A stretch of DNA of 64,000 bases, from assembly GCF_009914755.1 (NCBI RefSeq), contig NC_060929.1. One strand, 5' to 3'. The translations under genes were made by a program, and so were the position numbers. A model generated the notes under the pieces. It did no database searches, was not told where the DNA came from, and worked only from the letters and a program-made list of their open reading frames with translations. This DNA comes from the human T2T-CHM13v2.0 reference genome, Homo sapiens. Shown here one piece after another: positions 42,490-60,510 of the stretch (the first letter of the stretch is position 1; each line of letters opens with the position of its first letter).

Positions 42490-43196
42490 CTTCAGGGTGT
42501 TATTTTTGCTCATACTTTAATAATTTTGAATTATTACTCCAGGTAATATATGCAGCATGAAACTGCTATTTGAAAGACCATAAATAAAAATATTTCATTG
42601 TACCCCATGAACAGACAAAATTATTATTTGTCAATTAAGCATAAAGAAAACAGAAAGACTATTAGTGTACTCAAGAGTTTATAAATTCCTATGAAAAAGA
42701 AAAAAGAATCCTACAATACAAACATACCTATAGAAATTTCTTACCCTTTAATATGTTAATAAGGCCATTGTTATTGGGTAATTCCTGAAACCTGGAAGAT
42801 AAAGTCAGCAAAGCCAAGATGGAGCCTTGTGGCCATGGTGTTGAAAGTATCTTGGCTACAAACAGGCCTTCAGGTCTTCAGTACCCCCAGCTGGACAGTA
42901 CAAAGATAACATGGGGCCATCTGAAGGCAAATCCATTTATTAATTTTTGTTAATATATTTACTTTAAAATAGAATATAATTAAAAGAAAAAAATAAGTTT
43001 TCTTTATCCCTCTATTCACCTAACAGCCTGAGATGCAAAGTTCCAGGAGGCAGCAATGCATCCCAGGTCCCGGTGATCTGTCTCTGTTCATTCTGCAGCC
43101 TCCTTCTCCAAGCTTCTTACCTCATCTTTCTTTTACCCTTATGCCATTGCTCTTACTACCTCCTTGTCTAGATTCCATTTTTCATTTTACCTGCAT

Positions 43197-43490
43197 GGAT
43201 GGCTGGAAGGCTGGCACTGTCAACTAAAAAGCCTACTTTTGGCCTCTCCAGTATGATGGTCTCAGAGTAGTCAGACTTTTTATCTGTTGTTCTAGGGCTG
43301 TCACAGGGACTGCTTCAAGGTCTGCCAGGGAAGTTGCCCTTATTTTAAGGTCTGGGTCCAGAAAACTACACATATTTACATTGCAGCGTCAACACAGAAA
43401 ATACCCTGATTCATGAGGAGGGAAGATAGACCCTACCTAAGAGAGAGAGAAGTAACAAAGAGTCAAGATTGACTTTGAAGGCAACCCAAC
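43197..43490 (-). mobile_element. MLT1 (MLT1G/H-like) LTR, 5' half; partner of 39975-40330
   Basis: Minus strand reads aggtagggtctatcttccctcctcatgaatcaggg...gaccttaaaataagggcaacttcc and then the same 125 bp as 39975-40099. Confidence 0.75.
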
Positions 43491-45699
43491 CCAAAACATG
43501 AATATTCAGATTATGCATGGCAATGAAGCATCACATCTCAGAGTTCACCATTCACATAACAGTCACACACTAGCTCATTTGAACGCATGTGGGCAGGCAT
43601 GGAGATGGAATTCCAGACCTCCCAGAAAAGTGATGCCTAATGCAGAAGATCCACTTCCATATATCACACCAACTGTCCTGAGAACAACATGCACACTTGT
43701 GTCCTTACATGTCCCAACCAGTTGCAAGGCATGTCCTGAGGTCACTTTTCTACTAGGCTACTGGTGGCTCTAAGAAACCCAATTCCCATTCCTATCTCAA
43801 CTCTGAAGCTGACACCGTCATCTCATTTGCAGGGAGGGCATTTGGTTCCGCTCGTGTATTGATGAGGACAATCTGGGATGTGTGGAAGTGGATACAAGTT
43901 CAGGCACATGTGTGCAAGGCTTGTCTAGGCAAAGCTCAGCTGAGTGTGGTTGTTTAGGATGTGCAGTCATATTTTAACTTAATTTGTCTCTAATTTTATC
44001 TCCATTTATTGTGTTTTTACATGAAAAAATCCCATTCACACAAAGGGATTTTATTGCTAGTAGAGATCCTCATGCTATGTCATATTGGGGGTATTGTTTA
44101 TATCATCTAAGTAGTAATTGCCAACACTTCCACACTAGTTTCCTAAGGACCCAGGCTATTTGCTAAATAATTGACTTTAGCGAGAAGTAAATCTTATTAT
44201 AGTTTCTCCTAATGGATACATTGCAATAATAATCCTTCTGCTACCTACTTCACATGGATGTGGAAGGATTAAATGGAGTGAGAGATATACAAGTGGTGTG
44301 AAACCAGGAATGCACCAAAGTGTTGGTTGTGTGTCTAAACTCCTTGAGAGCAAAGATCATTACTATGCCTTGGTCATATTACACATGTGATAATTATTTA
44401 TTAAAATGAATAAAAGTATTGTCATTAGTTTTGCAAAAAAGTAATAGTGATTTATAAAATTATACAGAAAAGATGCTTTTATCTCACAGAATTATAACCA
44501 GTAAGTAATGAGAACCAGTGGTAACCTCTAGCAAGAAGTGTTATGAATTGTCCTAAACTCACGAGTTCACATAAATGACAACATATGCAACTTTGAAAAT
44601 ACAAAGAATCCTTGCTTTCTGCATTTCTAAGAAGAAAAATTTTGGTTGCATTGGAAATAGGAAATAGTGAGGAGAGAGAATTTTTCTGTGAACCAGATGG
44701 ATTATTTTGCAACTCTTAGGAAATATTGTAACCAGCTACCATAAAAGCCTCCGGCTGAGATGTTTAAAGGTGAGCAGTTCCAGCCTTCAACCAGGCAGTC
44801 TGGGGGAGGGGTGAATTGCCGTGCAAAAGAACAGGGAGTCATGTGGTCCAACTGTAAAATAGAAAAATTGCATGTAATTATTTTACAAGCAGAGTGCGAT
44901 GATGTGAAAGGAAGAACTAATGATGATGCACTCAGCTTGTTAGAAGCTTTTCCTTCTGGGGAGCTCAAGGTTACAAGAAGTGCTGCTCACTGGAATTTTC
45001 TTCTTTCCTTCTGTGCTCGTAATGCTACAATAAACCTTGCACAGAGCGGGTTAATGTTGCAAGGATGTTTTTAAATAATTTCTGTGACTAAAGCCGGAGA
45101 TACAAGCCTGGCAATAATTCTCCCTGACTTCAAGCATCCTGTATTGATTGATTAATTATTCCATCAATGAACTAACAGGTATTGACCTTATCTGGTTGAG
45201 TAGCATTTAGCCAAAAGTCAGTAATCTACATCGATCACTTAATGGAACATCAAAGCTCAGCATTCTGACAGGTTTATGTCATTCAGCAAAAATCTGTCTA
45301 CGTTTTGCTGATACCTTGACCTTTTGTATCAAGCAGTCTTTACAGAAAACAAAAAGCAATGACAAAACCAAATCTTGAAAATAATGCTTTGTTATGTACA
45401 AGGAAGTTCTGGGATTGTTTCAAATAGCTTCTGCTAGGATCTCATCGAGGCTTTTTTTTGCCATCTGGAAAGCTGTTTTCTGCATGCTTGCGATATATGA
45501 TATTTTGATGAAGAGTGAAATTATCAAAACAATGAGTCCTGGGATAATTAACACTTAAAGAGCAGAGCTTCACAGAGGCAACACGGAACAAGTGGCATTC
45601 TTTACGGAAGGGTAGAGGTAAACAGAACTTGAGCCAATGATTCAGAATGGGAAAGGAGCAGATGCTATCAATCCTTACCCATTCCGAGTACCAGAATCC

Positions 45700-46060
45700 T
45701 GATTCAAATGTTCAGGCAAAATCCACTGATCCCAATACCTGAATATGTACCTCAATGACTGGAAGAATTTGTTCTGAAAACAGTATAAAGATCTACTGAT
45801 AATTTCTAAACTCATTTTTACAAAGATATTTTACATTTTAGTATATTTACGTATAGCAAATATGAAAAATACACAGTCGATTCTTACTACGATTTTTCAT
45901 TTCTTCTTCATTAAGGGATTGGCGATGAAATCGTTAAAGATTGGCCCCAGAAATGGCCTCTGGAGTGATGCCTCTCAGATCCTCTTCTGTGATTCCAATA
46001 CTGTTATTGTCCCACAAGTTCTGGCTACATAATAAGGATGCCCACTTCTTTCTTCAGACT
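45700..46060 (-). mobile_element. Possible ancient CR1/L3 reverse-transcriptase remnant
   Basis: Minus strand ctg ggg cca atc ttt aac gat ttc atc gcc aat = LGPIFNDFIAN, resembling the CR1 RT motif GVPQGSVLGPVLFNIFINDL. Confidence 0.35.
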
Positions 46061-46609
46061 CTTATTTTTAAGTTTTAATTATTGCTTATGCATTGACTAA
46101 AGGCACAGTAACTAAGTATTAAGGGTTTTTAAACCGCCTTTTAGGAAGATGCTGCTGCCTTCCAGTATGTTAAGATGGTGGTTCTGCCCATGCAGTACTG
46201 TACCACAATGCAGTGCACTCTCTCTAAATCTCTGCTCCTAGAAGCTGTTTTAGGGCTGGAGAATCTACCTCCTAAACTTGCCATAGTGGTAAGTGGTGAG
46301 CCTAAGGAAGTTAAAGCTCTTTCAGTGGGAGGCAGCTATTTCTGCTTGGAGTCTTACTTAAAAATGCTTCTCACAATTGCCCAGCACCACTTTGATCCAC
46401 CATTTGCAGTGCCCAGAATGTCTTATCTCTCCAGATTTGAAGAAAAGTCACGCGCTGTAGCTCTCCCATAGTTTGATAGGGCTGGTTTATGTCTATGACT
46501 TGTTTAATAATTAAATTAAAATTTTCCTTTACTAACAATATTTTTCAATATATGCTGAATATTTTCTACAACCACTCTGATAATTACTATCTATAGTAAA
46601 AATGATAAA

Positions 46610-46740
46610 CATATTTCAGCCTGAGTTCTAAACATTCTGCTCATATTTATTAGCTCTGTGGTCCTGGGTAAGTCACATGCCATCAGTTTCCTTATCTGTA
46701 AAATATGGGTGTTGGCCTGGGATAAATTTTAGTTCCATTT
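46610..46740 (+). mobile_element. MIR fragment
   Basis: cctgagttcta...ttattagctctgtggtcctgggtaagtcac...tcagtttccttatctgtaaaat. Confidence 0.7.
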
Positions 46741-47026
46741 TATTACTTACAATTTTTTAAGCTTGATTCAATATTTATAAATAATTTATTTCAGATTATG
46801 TGAATAGAGAACCTCACAAAAATAAAAATAATATGCTAGAGTAGCTTGTCCTCCAAGTTAAAATGAAATCAAAAAAGGCATGAAAATGGAAAGATACTCT
46901 ACACCAACTTTAAATGAGCATGTAAAATGATTCAATTGATTACTAAATAGTGTTTAATCCCTTTTGAACTGAAATTTGGTTTTATTAAGAATTTGATAGG
47001 CACAATTCATGTAATGTCAAAATTAT

Positions 47027-47130
47027 AGAGAAAAAGCAAAGCAAGAAAAAAAGAAGAAAAGAAGGAAGGGACAGAGGGAGGAAAGGAGTAAAGGGAAAAG
47101 AAGGAGGGAGGGTGGAAGGAAAAGGAGAAA
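47027..47130 (+). repeat. GA-rich low-complexity polypurine tract
   Basis: About 100 nt almost entirely A/G. Confidence 0.85.
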
Positions 47131-47941
47131 GCTATAAATCACTTAGGATCCTTGAGGAAGGAAGGTGAACACAGACTTTCAGCTTGGCTTTTTGTTCCTT
47201 TTGTGTTTCATTAACAATGGCAGACTTCAGACAATAAATATCTTAAAGAAATTATTTTCCCATTAGTGTTAATTTCCCCTTAAATATGAAGTGATTAAAT
47301 TAAATCAAGGAGGCTAGAAAAATATATAACATCTTTCATTATGATTTTGTAGCATGTATGATGTCTTTTGTCTAAAAATGGTTCTTAGGTTTGACTGAGG
47401 CATACATATTAATACTGGCTATTGACTGACATTTTAGTCACGTGTTTGGATTTTGTTTTCATTTTGTATAAACTGAATAATTTTGTCTCCTTATGTATTT
47501 TGTTCCACAATATAAACTAGTCAATTGAATTTATATTAATACTTATTTATTTTCATAATATGCTTAGAGTCTCTGTATGCTATTGAGAAGGTACAGTATT
47601 TACCTGGAAAAGTAAAAATGATGTTTACTTTTCCAAAAGCACTAACCTTAAAGCTCATAATCGGAAGAGTAACACATATCCTCTTGGTAAAACAAGTTAG
47701 CCAAATAAACAGCTATGCAAGTGGGCAGATCTTGTTCCAGGCAGCTTGGGAAACAAGTATGTAAAAGATTGGTTAGTTTTACTAAACTGAGCTAACTTAT
47801 ATTAATTATTAAATTTGTAGAATGCCAAGTCATTGAAGAGAATGAGCAATTAAGAGAATGAGCATAAATAAATGTACGAAGTTGAATTAATAAGGTACAA
47901 ACTTTGGTTAAACAATAAGAAGCATTACTTTACTGCAGTTC

Positions 47942-49384
47942 CAGAGTTCCCAAATGTGTTTAGTCTGGGGACACTTTTACACCCTTAATAAAATTTTTGA
48001 GAACTCTGAAGATCTTTGGTTTATATAGTTTTTATTTAAAATTAAAACTGAGACGTTCAAAATTAAAACTGTGACATTTAAAAATATTTATACATTATTT
48101 CATTTTGAAATGACAATAACACTTTACAGGTAACCCAAATAACTGTTTTAAGAAAAATAAACACTTTTTAAAAACAATGAGAAGAATGGCACTGTTGTTC
48201 ATTTTTTCATTTTTTATTTTTCAAATTCCCTTAACATGTCTTAATTGAAAATAGCTGTATTCTTATACCTGCATCTACATTTAATCCATTGCAATATGTC
48301 GTTTTGATGGAAATAAATGAAGAAAATCAGACCTCAAACAGATTTGTAGTTGGAAAAGAGAGGAGTATTTTAATGTATTTTTCAGAAAATGTGGATATTT
48401 GTTTTAGTAGTTCAGCAAAACTACTTAGTTTTTAGAAAACTAAGTGGTAGTTTTCTAAGGAGTAGTCACAATGAGAAATCTACAGCTGTTATCAATGAAC
48501 ATTTTTTCCTCTGTTACATAAAGATTATTTGTTCCATCTTGAATTTTGTGTGATAATTTTACCTATAGGTGATTTTTAAAATAGACTTTATTTTTAGAGC
48601 AGTTTTAGGTTCACAACAAAATTGAGATGAAAGTATAATACATAGTTCCCATGTGCTGCCTGTCCCCATACACACAGTTTCCCCAGCTATCAAAATTTCA
48701 CATCAGAGTGGTACATTTGCTATGACTGATGAATCTATTTTCATGTATCATTATCATCAAGTCCATAGTTTGCATTCTGGCATACTCTTGGTGTTGTCTA
48801 TTCTATGGATTTAGACAATTGTATAATGGCATGTATCTAAAATTATGATATCATACAGAATAGTTTCAGTATCCTAAAATTCCTCTGAGCTGTGCATATA
48901 AGCTCTCCCTCCCTTCTAACCTCTGACAAGTGATCTTTTTATTGTTTCTGTAGTTTGCCTCCTCCAGAATGTCATATAATCAAAATCATACAATATGTGG
49001 TAGCCTTTTCAGCTTGGCTTGTTCCACTTCGTAATATGTAGCACAAGTATTTTATGCATACTTCACACTTTACCTTGCAGAATACTAAAAACAGACCTAC
49101 TAAATGGTCAAGGTACAATAAAATTAATAATGTTATACTTTATCGTGTCTGTTGAAATGGAAGTTTTTAAAACTGTTAGTGCATGGCAATGGAAATACAC
49201 TGACTGTAGTATAATTTCATGCCACTGCTTTGATGTGTGCTAATGGGCCATCAGTTTAACCCACCACTAATTAAAAGGCAAGCAATGTCTTAGTGTTGTT
49301 ATATGGATAGTTTTCAAATTTGGGCTCCCTAGAAGGGTCTTAAAGACTCCCAAAGTTTCATGGACCATTCTTTAAAAATTGCTG
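47942..49384 (+). mobile_element. Charlie1 (hAT) non-autonomous DNA transposon, interrupted by L1MC1
   Basis: 5' end cagagttcccaaatgtgtttagtctggggacacttttacaccctta and 3' end gaagggtcttaaagactccc...ggaccattctttaaaaattgctg match recalled Charlie1a/b ends; internal tgagaagaatggcactgtt. Confidence 0.8.
48573..49045 (-). mobile_element. L1MC1-like 3' end nested in Charlie1
   Basis: aatagactttattttttagagcagttttaggttcacaacaaaattgag...cagagtggtacatttg...tcattatcatcaagtccatagttt. Confidence 0.88.
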
Positions 49385-52300
49385 TAACCGTATGTTTTAC
49401 ATATTGGTCACTCTAGTCCTGTCTCTTTTCATTTCTTCCCTATTTAGAAAACTAAAATAAATTACTTATTAAGATTGTTTAAATTTAAATGTGCTTAACC
49501 TTAAATGCACTGGTTGAATGCTCATTTTCTGGTAATTTCAGTTTTTCCCCCTACCATACTCATAGACAAGAGGCCTTAGTGAAGACAGTTTACATTCGAT
49601 CATACTGCTGCCAGTAGATGAACTCAGGAGAGTATCCTGTTTAATGTTTAGCCTCAAGTAATAAGTTTCAAACGCATACATGGAAGAGTAGTCAGGCTGA
49701 CGCTGTATGCCTGGACTCTGAAATTGTAGACCATTATTGGCATCTGACATTTTTTTAAAGTATCAGTTTGGCACCATTTTTACTCATAAAAAACAGACAC
49801 TCAGACTCACACCTTAATAGATACATTATCTGGGAAAAGAGAAAGTAGCCTTTTAGTACCTTGTTGCACATAAACTGGGCTTTATGTATAGAAAGTTACT
49901 TTACACGGATAATAAACCAAACATAAAATGGTTATTTCTGGCAGCTAATTTACCTTTATAGTTTATAGAGGTGCCTTCTTTATAATGTACTTTCAGATTC
50001 TACTTTCCCTGAGTTCAGTAATCAGTGTCAATTACTGCTGGTTTCCATAGAAACAAGATAACTAAAATCTTCATTCATGGGCCAGTTTTACAAGTAATGT
50101 AGACTTTGGAATGACTGTACCAATGACCTAATCCTTGAAGCAGGTGCCAATAAATTTAACCCCTTCAAATGATGTTTAAAGTTTCGTGCATAGGTTTTGC
50201 TAATAATAGATCTACATATTTAAACACTATGATCTATAGTTCAGATACTAAGAGGGGATTAATCCACCCTACCCTTAAGGGATATCAAATGAATTGTATC
50301 ATTTGGAAGCAGCTGTTGAGCAGTCACAAAACCTGAGTTGTTAGTATCCTGACTACAGTTCATCAGGAGCTTATTGTTCTTCCCAACGTTAAGGAAAGTT
50401 CAGATTTTTCTTGAAAAAAAAAAAATTGTCTTTTAGAAAGACTTTCTGCGTTGCTCCAAAAAGTGAGAAAATAGAAACACTAGTAAGGCTAAATTAATAT
50501 TGCTAATTACATTGCTTTAAAATATATTCATATTATCAAGTGGTGATGCCAATTGTATAAGTAATTGCTTATTACGTTGTTTTAAAACTCCCTGAATTTC
50601 TAACATAAATTTAGTGTGCGGAACTACTTTAATACTTATTTTCTTCATGTTTGCCGTGGTTGTACATGGATAAGGCATTCACATTCCATTTATAATACAT
50701 ACTAATTAATTTCATAATTAAAATATAATTAAAATATAATTACAAAGAAAACGCAAATCAGAGTTCTTTCAATTAACATATCTCATTAGAGCTGGGATCT
50801 TTTTTTTTTCAGCATTATATCTTTCTTTAAACCATTTTCCAGCTTCCAATTTTGTTTTGTTGGCACTGTTTCACATTGTGGAGATTATTGCTACATTATT
50901 AGATTTTCACATTCTCTCTCTCAATAATATGAGCTAGCAGTAGAGAACTAAACTTCATCTCAACTTGTTCGAGGGATTGTGGAATGACATATTATCTGGT
51001 CTTGAGATACACTAGAAAGGTGGAAGAGTATGAGTTTTTTGACTCTGAACTCCATACACATTTTAACATGAGTAACAGTAAAGCATCATATTTCTTCTCT
51101 TTGCTTAAGCACATGGTGTCACCTCTCCCATTTTGGAATCAACCCTGCTGGGGGGTCCTGTGATATGATGGTACCTCACATTATGTTGCAGGATATAATT
51201 TCCAGTCATCAAAGGTGCTTTATCTGTGACACTAAAGTTAAACCAAACCTCACTTACTCTTAGAGCAGATTACGTCTCTGTTCATAGGTTTGGTTTCAAG
51301 TAAAATGTTTGCATCACTGTCATGTGCCTCAATGAGGTTATTTGTCTCACATTTGTTAATGTCACGAGTTTGCCATAGATTCAGCTCACTGTTATCTAGC
51401 ATTTCAAAAGCAAGTTTTAAAAAAAAACCAGCAGGGCCCAGCTGAAATATTTTCTTTCAATACAGCCAAGCCGCAGGCATAAAACACAATAGTAAAATAT
51501 ACAGTGGAACAAAGTAAAAGGCCTTTATAACAGATCTTTGTTATGCCACTGCAAGTATTTCATAACATCAGCTACTGTCTTTCTCAATTGACATCATATA
51601 GGTCTCAGTTAATGAAAAGAGACATGGAGCATATTGCATCAGATAGATGCTGGACAGGAAACAGAAAATGGATCATGTATCCAGGCCCCCTAGCTAAAGC
51701 AGTCAAACCTCTGAATAGCAAAAGGACTAATGTGTTTTAGCTGTTCTCCCTTCCAGCCATAAACCCGAGAGCAATATTGAAAGTGTTTTTTTTTTCAGGC
51801 TGCTCACCAACCCCCTACCTACCCCATCCCATCGTGAAAGCCAGTCAGCAAGGATCAAAAACATTTCCTTTTAAATGAATCATGGCAATCCAATAAAGAT
51901 GCAACACACAGATTATGTTCAAATCAATGACAGAACCAAAGCCAGTATCAGCAGGCCTCAAGAAACAAAAATTGCTCACAGTCAGGGGGTGTCCATCCAA
52001 TAATGAGCTCTGCGGCTAAACACAGAGCACATGCTATGTTCTGGGCAAAATCCCTCAAGCTTCCACTATCCTGGCTTCTTTAAGTAACTTTGGGGTGTTG
52101 TAGTATTGTCCTCATTCATACCCTCGTCAGATGCGCCATGACAGCTTAGCTTAGCTTTCCAAAGGGGGTCTCCAATGACATAGTTATAGTCAGGAAACAG
52201 GCAGACAACTGTAATACCAATATCTGGAAATAATTGTTAAAATAAATAAGGGACAGAATTGATTTAGAAGAATCAATTCCTATGCATGACCATTTAGAAC

Positions 52301-54698
52301 GCTGAAAAAATGAACACAGAGAAGATTTTTAAGTGTCCTGAGCACTTGCCAACAATTACCTATCAATTGTTTCTATATACTGTTCATTTTAAATATTGGA
52401 AGAGGAAAGAGATACTTTTCTGTCTGAAAGGCAAAAGGATAAACATAATTGTTGTGTGTTTTTTTTTTACTACTATATATCTACCATACTTTTTCATTCT
52501 GTTAAGGTATGTAATAGCATCTGAAGACCTCTTTGATATCCTTATCCATCTTTCCTCTGGCACTTGCTATTATTCTTTTCATATAACGCTGAGAGCTAAC
52601 GTTCCTAGTGGCACAGCAAGCATACAAATGATGATATGTATGCTAAGGCAAGAATGAAAGGAAAAAAAAAAAAGATCAACCATCCATCAGTAGAATCACA
52701 GAATACATTTCGGAAGACCCAGGTTTTCATGCCAGAGTCACACTAACTAGTTGTATGATTTCAGACATTCATTTATCCTTCAAGAGTGTTAGTTTCTTCA
52801 GCAGCCACCTCTTTTCATCTCTGAATTTTCATTTTCAAATCTAAGAGTATGCTTCCAATTAAGAGAAAAGCAATTGCGAGTCTCTCACCGTTAATCAAAA
52901 GAAAGTTTATGGCCCTGAAACCCTTTCAAGAGCATTTCATGTGTTATATAAAGATTTGACAACAGTTGATCTACCACAGTCTATTTTTCCTCCTTCATAT
53001 TAAAGAAATTAAATGAATATGAGTCACCTTATTTAATCCATTACCTGCTAATAGCCTCCTTTATGATTAGCCCAAAGGTCAAAAATAATAACCAATAATC
53101 AGCTGCTTATTAGAAAACTGTCTGCTTCTGAAGACACTCCTACTTCCTCTCAGTTCAACAGCCCATTGTATTTCATGTTCATATGCCCAGGGTTGACTGA
53201 TCTCTCTGAGGAGTCACAGCATATGGTGCAGTTATTCTCTCTGGGAGGATAGAACCAATTTACTCCAAATAGAAAGGACTTATCAGATCTAGACAGATCT
53301 TTAAAACACCTGTAAGATAATTTGGATTCACAGCAGTAACAAAATAGCAAACAAATTTCCCTCTCCAGAAAATGATAAATTACTGTGTTTCATTGAGCAG
53401 ACTTTTCCTTATCTGATTTGTTTTAAAAATGATAAATAGGTCTCCATAAATCTGAAGGAAACCCAGGAGTCACCATCTACCTAATTGAATCAGAGCTTAT
53501 ATGATTCAAAGAGATAAGAACACATTAAACAAATGAAGATATTTTATATTGCAAAAGAGGATATAAAATCCACCTTTCAAGGATACAGGGTAAAACATGA
53601 ATGCTCAAAATAGGTAAAGTATCAAAATTGAAGTGTAATTAGTGATAACTATCTCCATTTATGAATAAAACCTGCTTGAAATCTCAGTTTTACATTTGCA
53701 AATATTCTGACCAGTTTTATTATGATTTCCTTGTACATTTATTTATTGAATACCTAGTTCCTTGCAATTTATAATGATATCTTGTGTTAGAAAAATTTTC
53801 TTTCTGTTCATGACCTTAGTGTGACCCATTATCAAGTATGAAATGTTCCATGATTCTTACTTTCATCTTTTTAGGAGAAAAGTCCTCCTTAAACTATACA
53901 TTTCTTTCCAGGTCTTGCTGTCGCATTTAGCTAACTTCCTCTCATATTTTGCTCTCCTCTTGGGCTCTGCTGTCTTCCATCTTCTGGCTGCACTCACAGA
54001 GACCCCTTATTTCACTGCCTCTTAAATTTTTGTTATTGTTTTTTGTTGTTCTTGTTGTTTTTCTAAGTTCTGTTCAATTATTCTCAATGAGAGTACACTA
54101 CCTTCTTCTCTGAAAATTTCTGGACAAATGTTGGGCTTTTAGATTCTGCTCTGGCTGATTATTCCTGCCACGAGGCAGGAGTAAATCTGAAAAGTCATGG
54201 TGACTTAAAGGAGAAGAGTCTGGTTTCCCTAGACAAGCAAAGAGTCAGTTTCCAATTGATTGTCATGAATAATGACATAAATACCATTTGGAATCAGAGA
54301 TCCTTGATATATAGAAGTGTCTTGATATATAAAAACAAAAATCTGTCTTTCGCATGAGACTGGCAGATAATGGTTTTATTTCTTATCTAGAGACCTTTCA
54401 AAACAAAACAGAATCCCTTCTTCTAAGATAGTTAAATGGATACCACATAAAATCAAAGAATCATTTTCAATTTATGGTTATATTCATACATCTCTGCATT
54501 TTAAGGGAAATGAGGGTAAGAAAAGAAATAAATAATAAGGTGAAAAAACATAGGTCTGAACAAGCTAAGGCATGTGTAGTGTCATCAAAAGGGGCATCAC
54601 CTCAGAGGAGCCACAGGAGGCATTTGAAAACATAAATCAGATCACAACACGAGCCAACACAAACTTCTTCAAGGACTTTCTATCCTATGTCCTATTTA

Positions 54699-55052
54699 GG
54701 ACATAATTGGCTGTGTCCCCACTCAAATCTCACCTTGAATTGTAGTAATTCTCATGTGTCAATGGCGGGGCCAAGTGGAGATAATTGAATCATGGGATCA
54801 GTTTCCCCCATACTGTTCTCCTGCTAGTGAATAAGTCTCACCAGATCTGACGGTTTTATAAAGGGGAGTTCCCCTACACATGCTCTCTTGCCTGCTGCCA
54901 TGTAAGATGTAACTTTGCTCTTCCTTTGCCTTCTGCCATGATTGTTGGGCCTCCCCAGCCACGTGGAACTGTGAGTCAATTAAACCTCTTTTCTTTATAA
55001 ATTACCCAGTCTCCAGTATGCCTTTATTAACAGCATGAGAACAGACTAATAA
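54699..55052 (+). mobile_element. THE1 (THE1C/D-like) solo LTR
   Basis: ttggctgtgtccccactcaaatctcaccttgaattgta...gtcaattaaacctcttttctttataaattacccagtctc...gagaacagactaata. Confidence 0.92.
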
Positions 55053-55054
55053 AA

Positions 55055-60201
<5,147 letters not shown>

Positions 60202-60359
60202 TTTTGAAACAGAAGAATAAAGAGATTTCTGATCTAAAAAAACATATTTTTTTAATACATGAATGTAACAAGTTTAAGAGTAAAATAAAATAATGTACGA
60301 AGAGTGCTTAGTAGAGTGCCAGGCACATAAGTTTTTAAAAAAATTATCTTCTCTTACTA

Positions 60360-60510
60360 TTAGAACTCACTGTATCTATATTTTACTGTAAGATTTCCAG
60401 CTTCTTCAGAGCAATTATCATACATTTTTGCTTACTACTCTATCCTTAGCACCTAATATAGTTCCTGACTCATAAGAAGTATCCACTAAATCTTTTCCTT
60501 TGAATAGATT
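60360..60510 (+). mobile_element. L2 3' end, preceded by a MIR tail at ~60270-60340
   Basis: tactgtaagatttcc...tatccttagcacctaatatagttcctgactcataagaagtatccactaaat. Confidence 0.6.
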
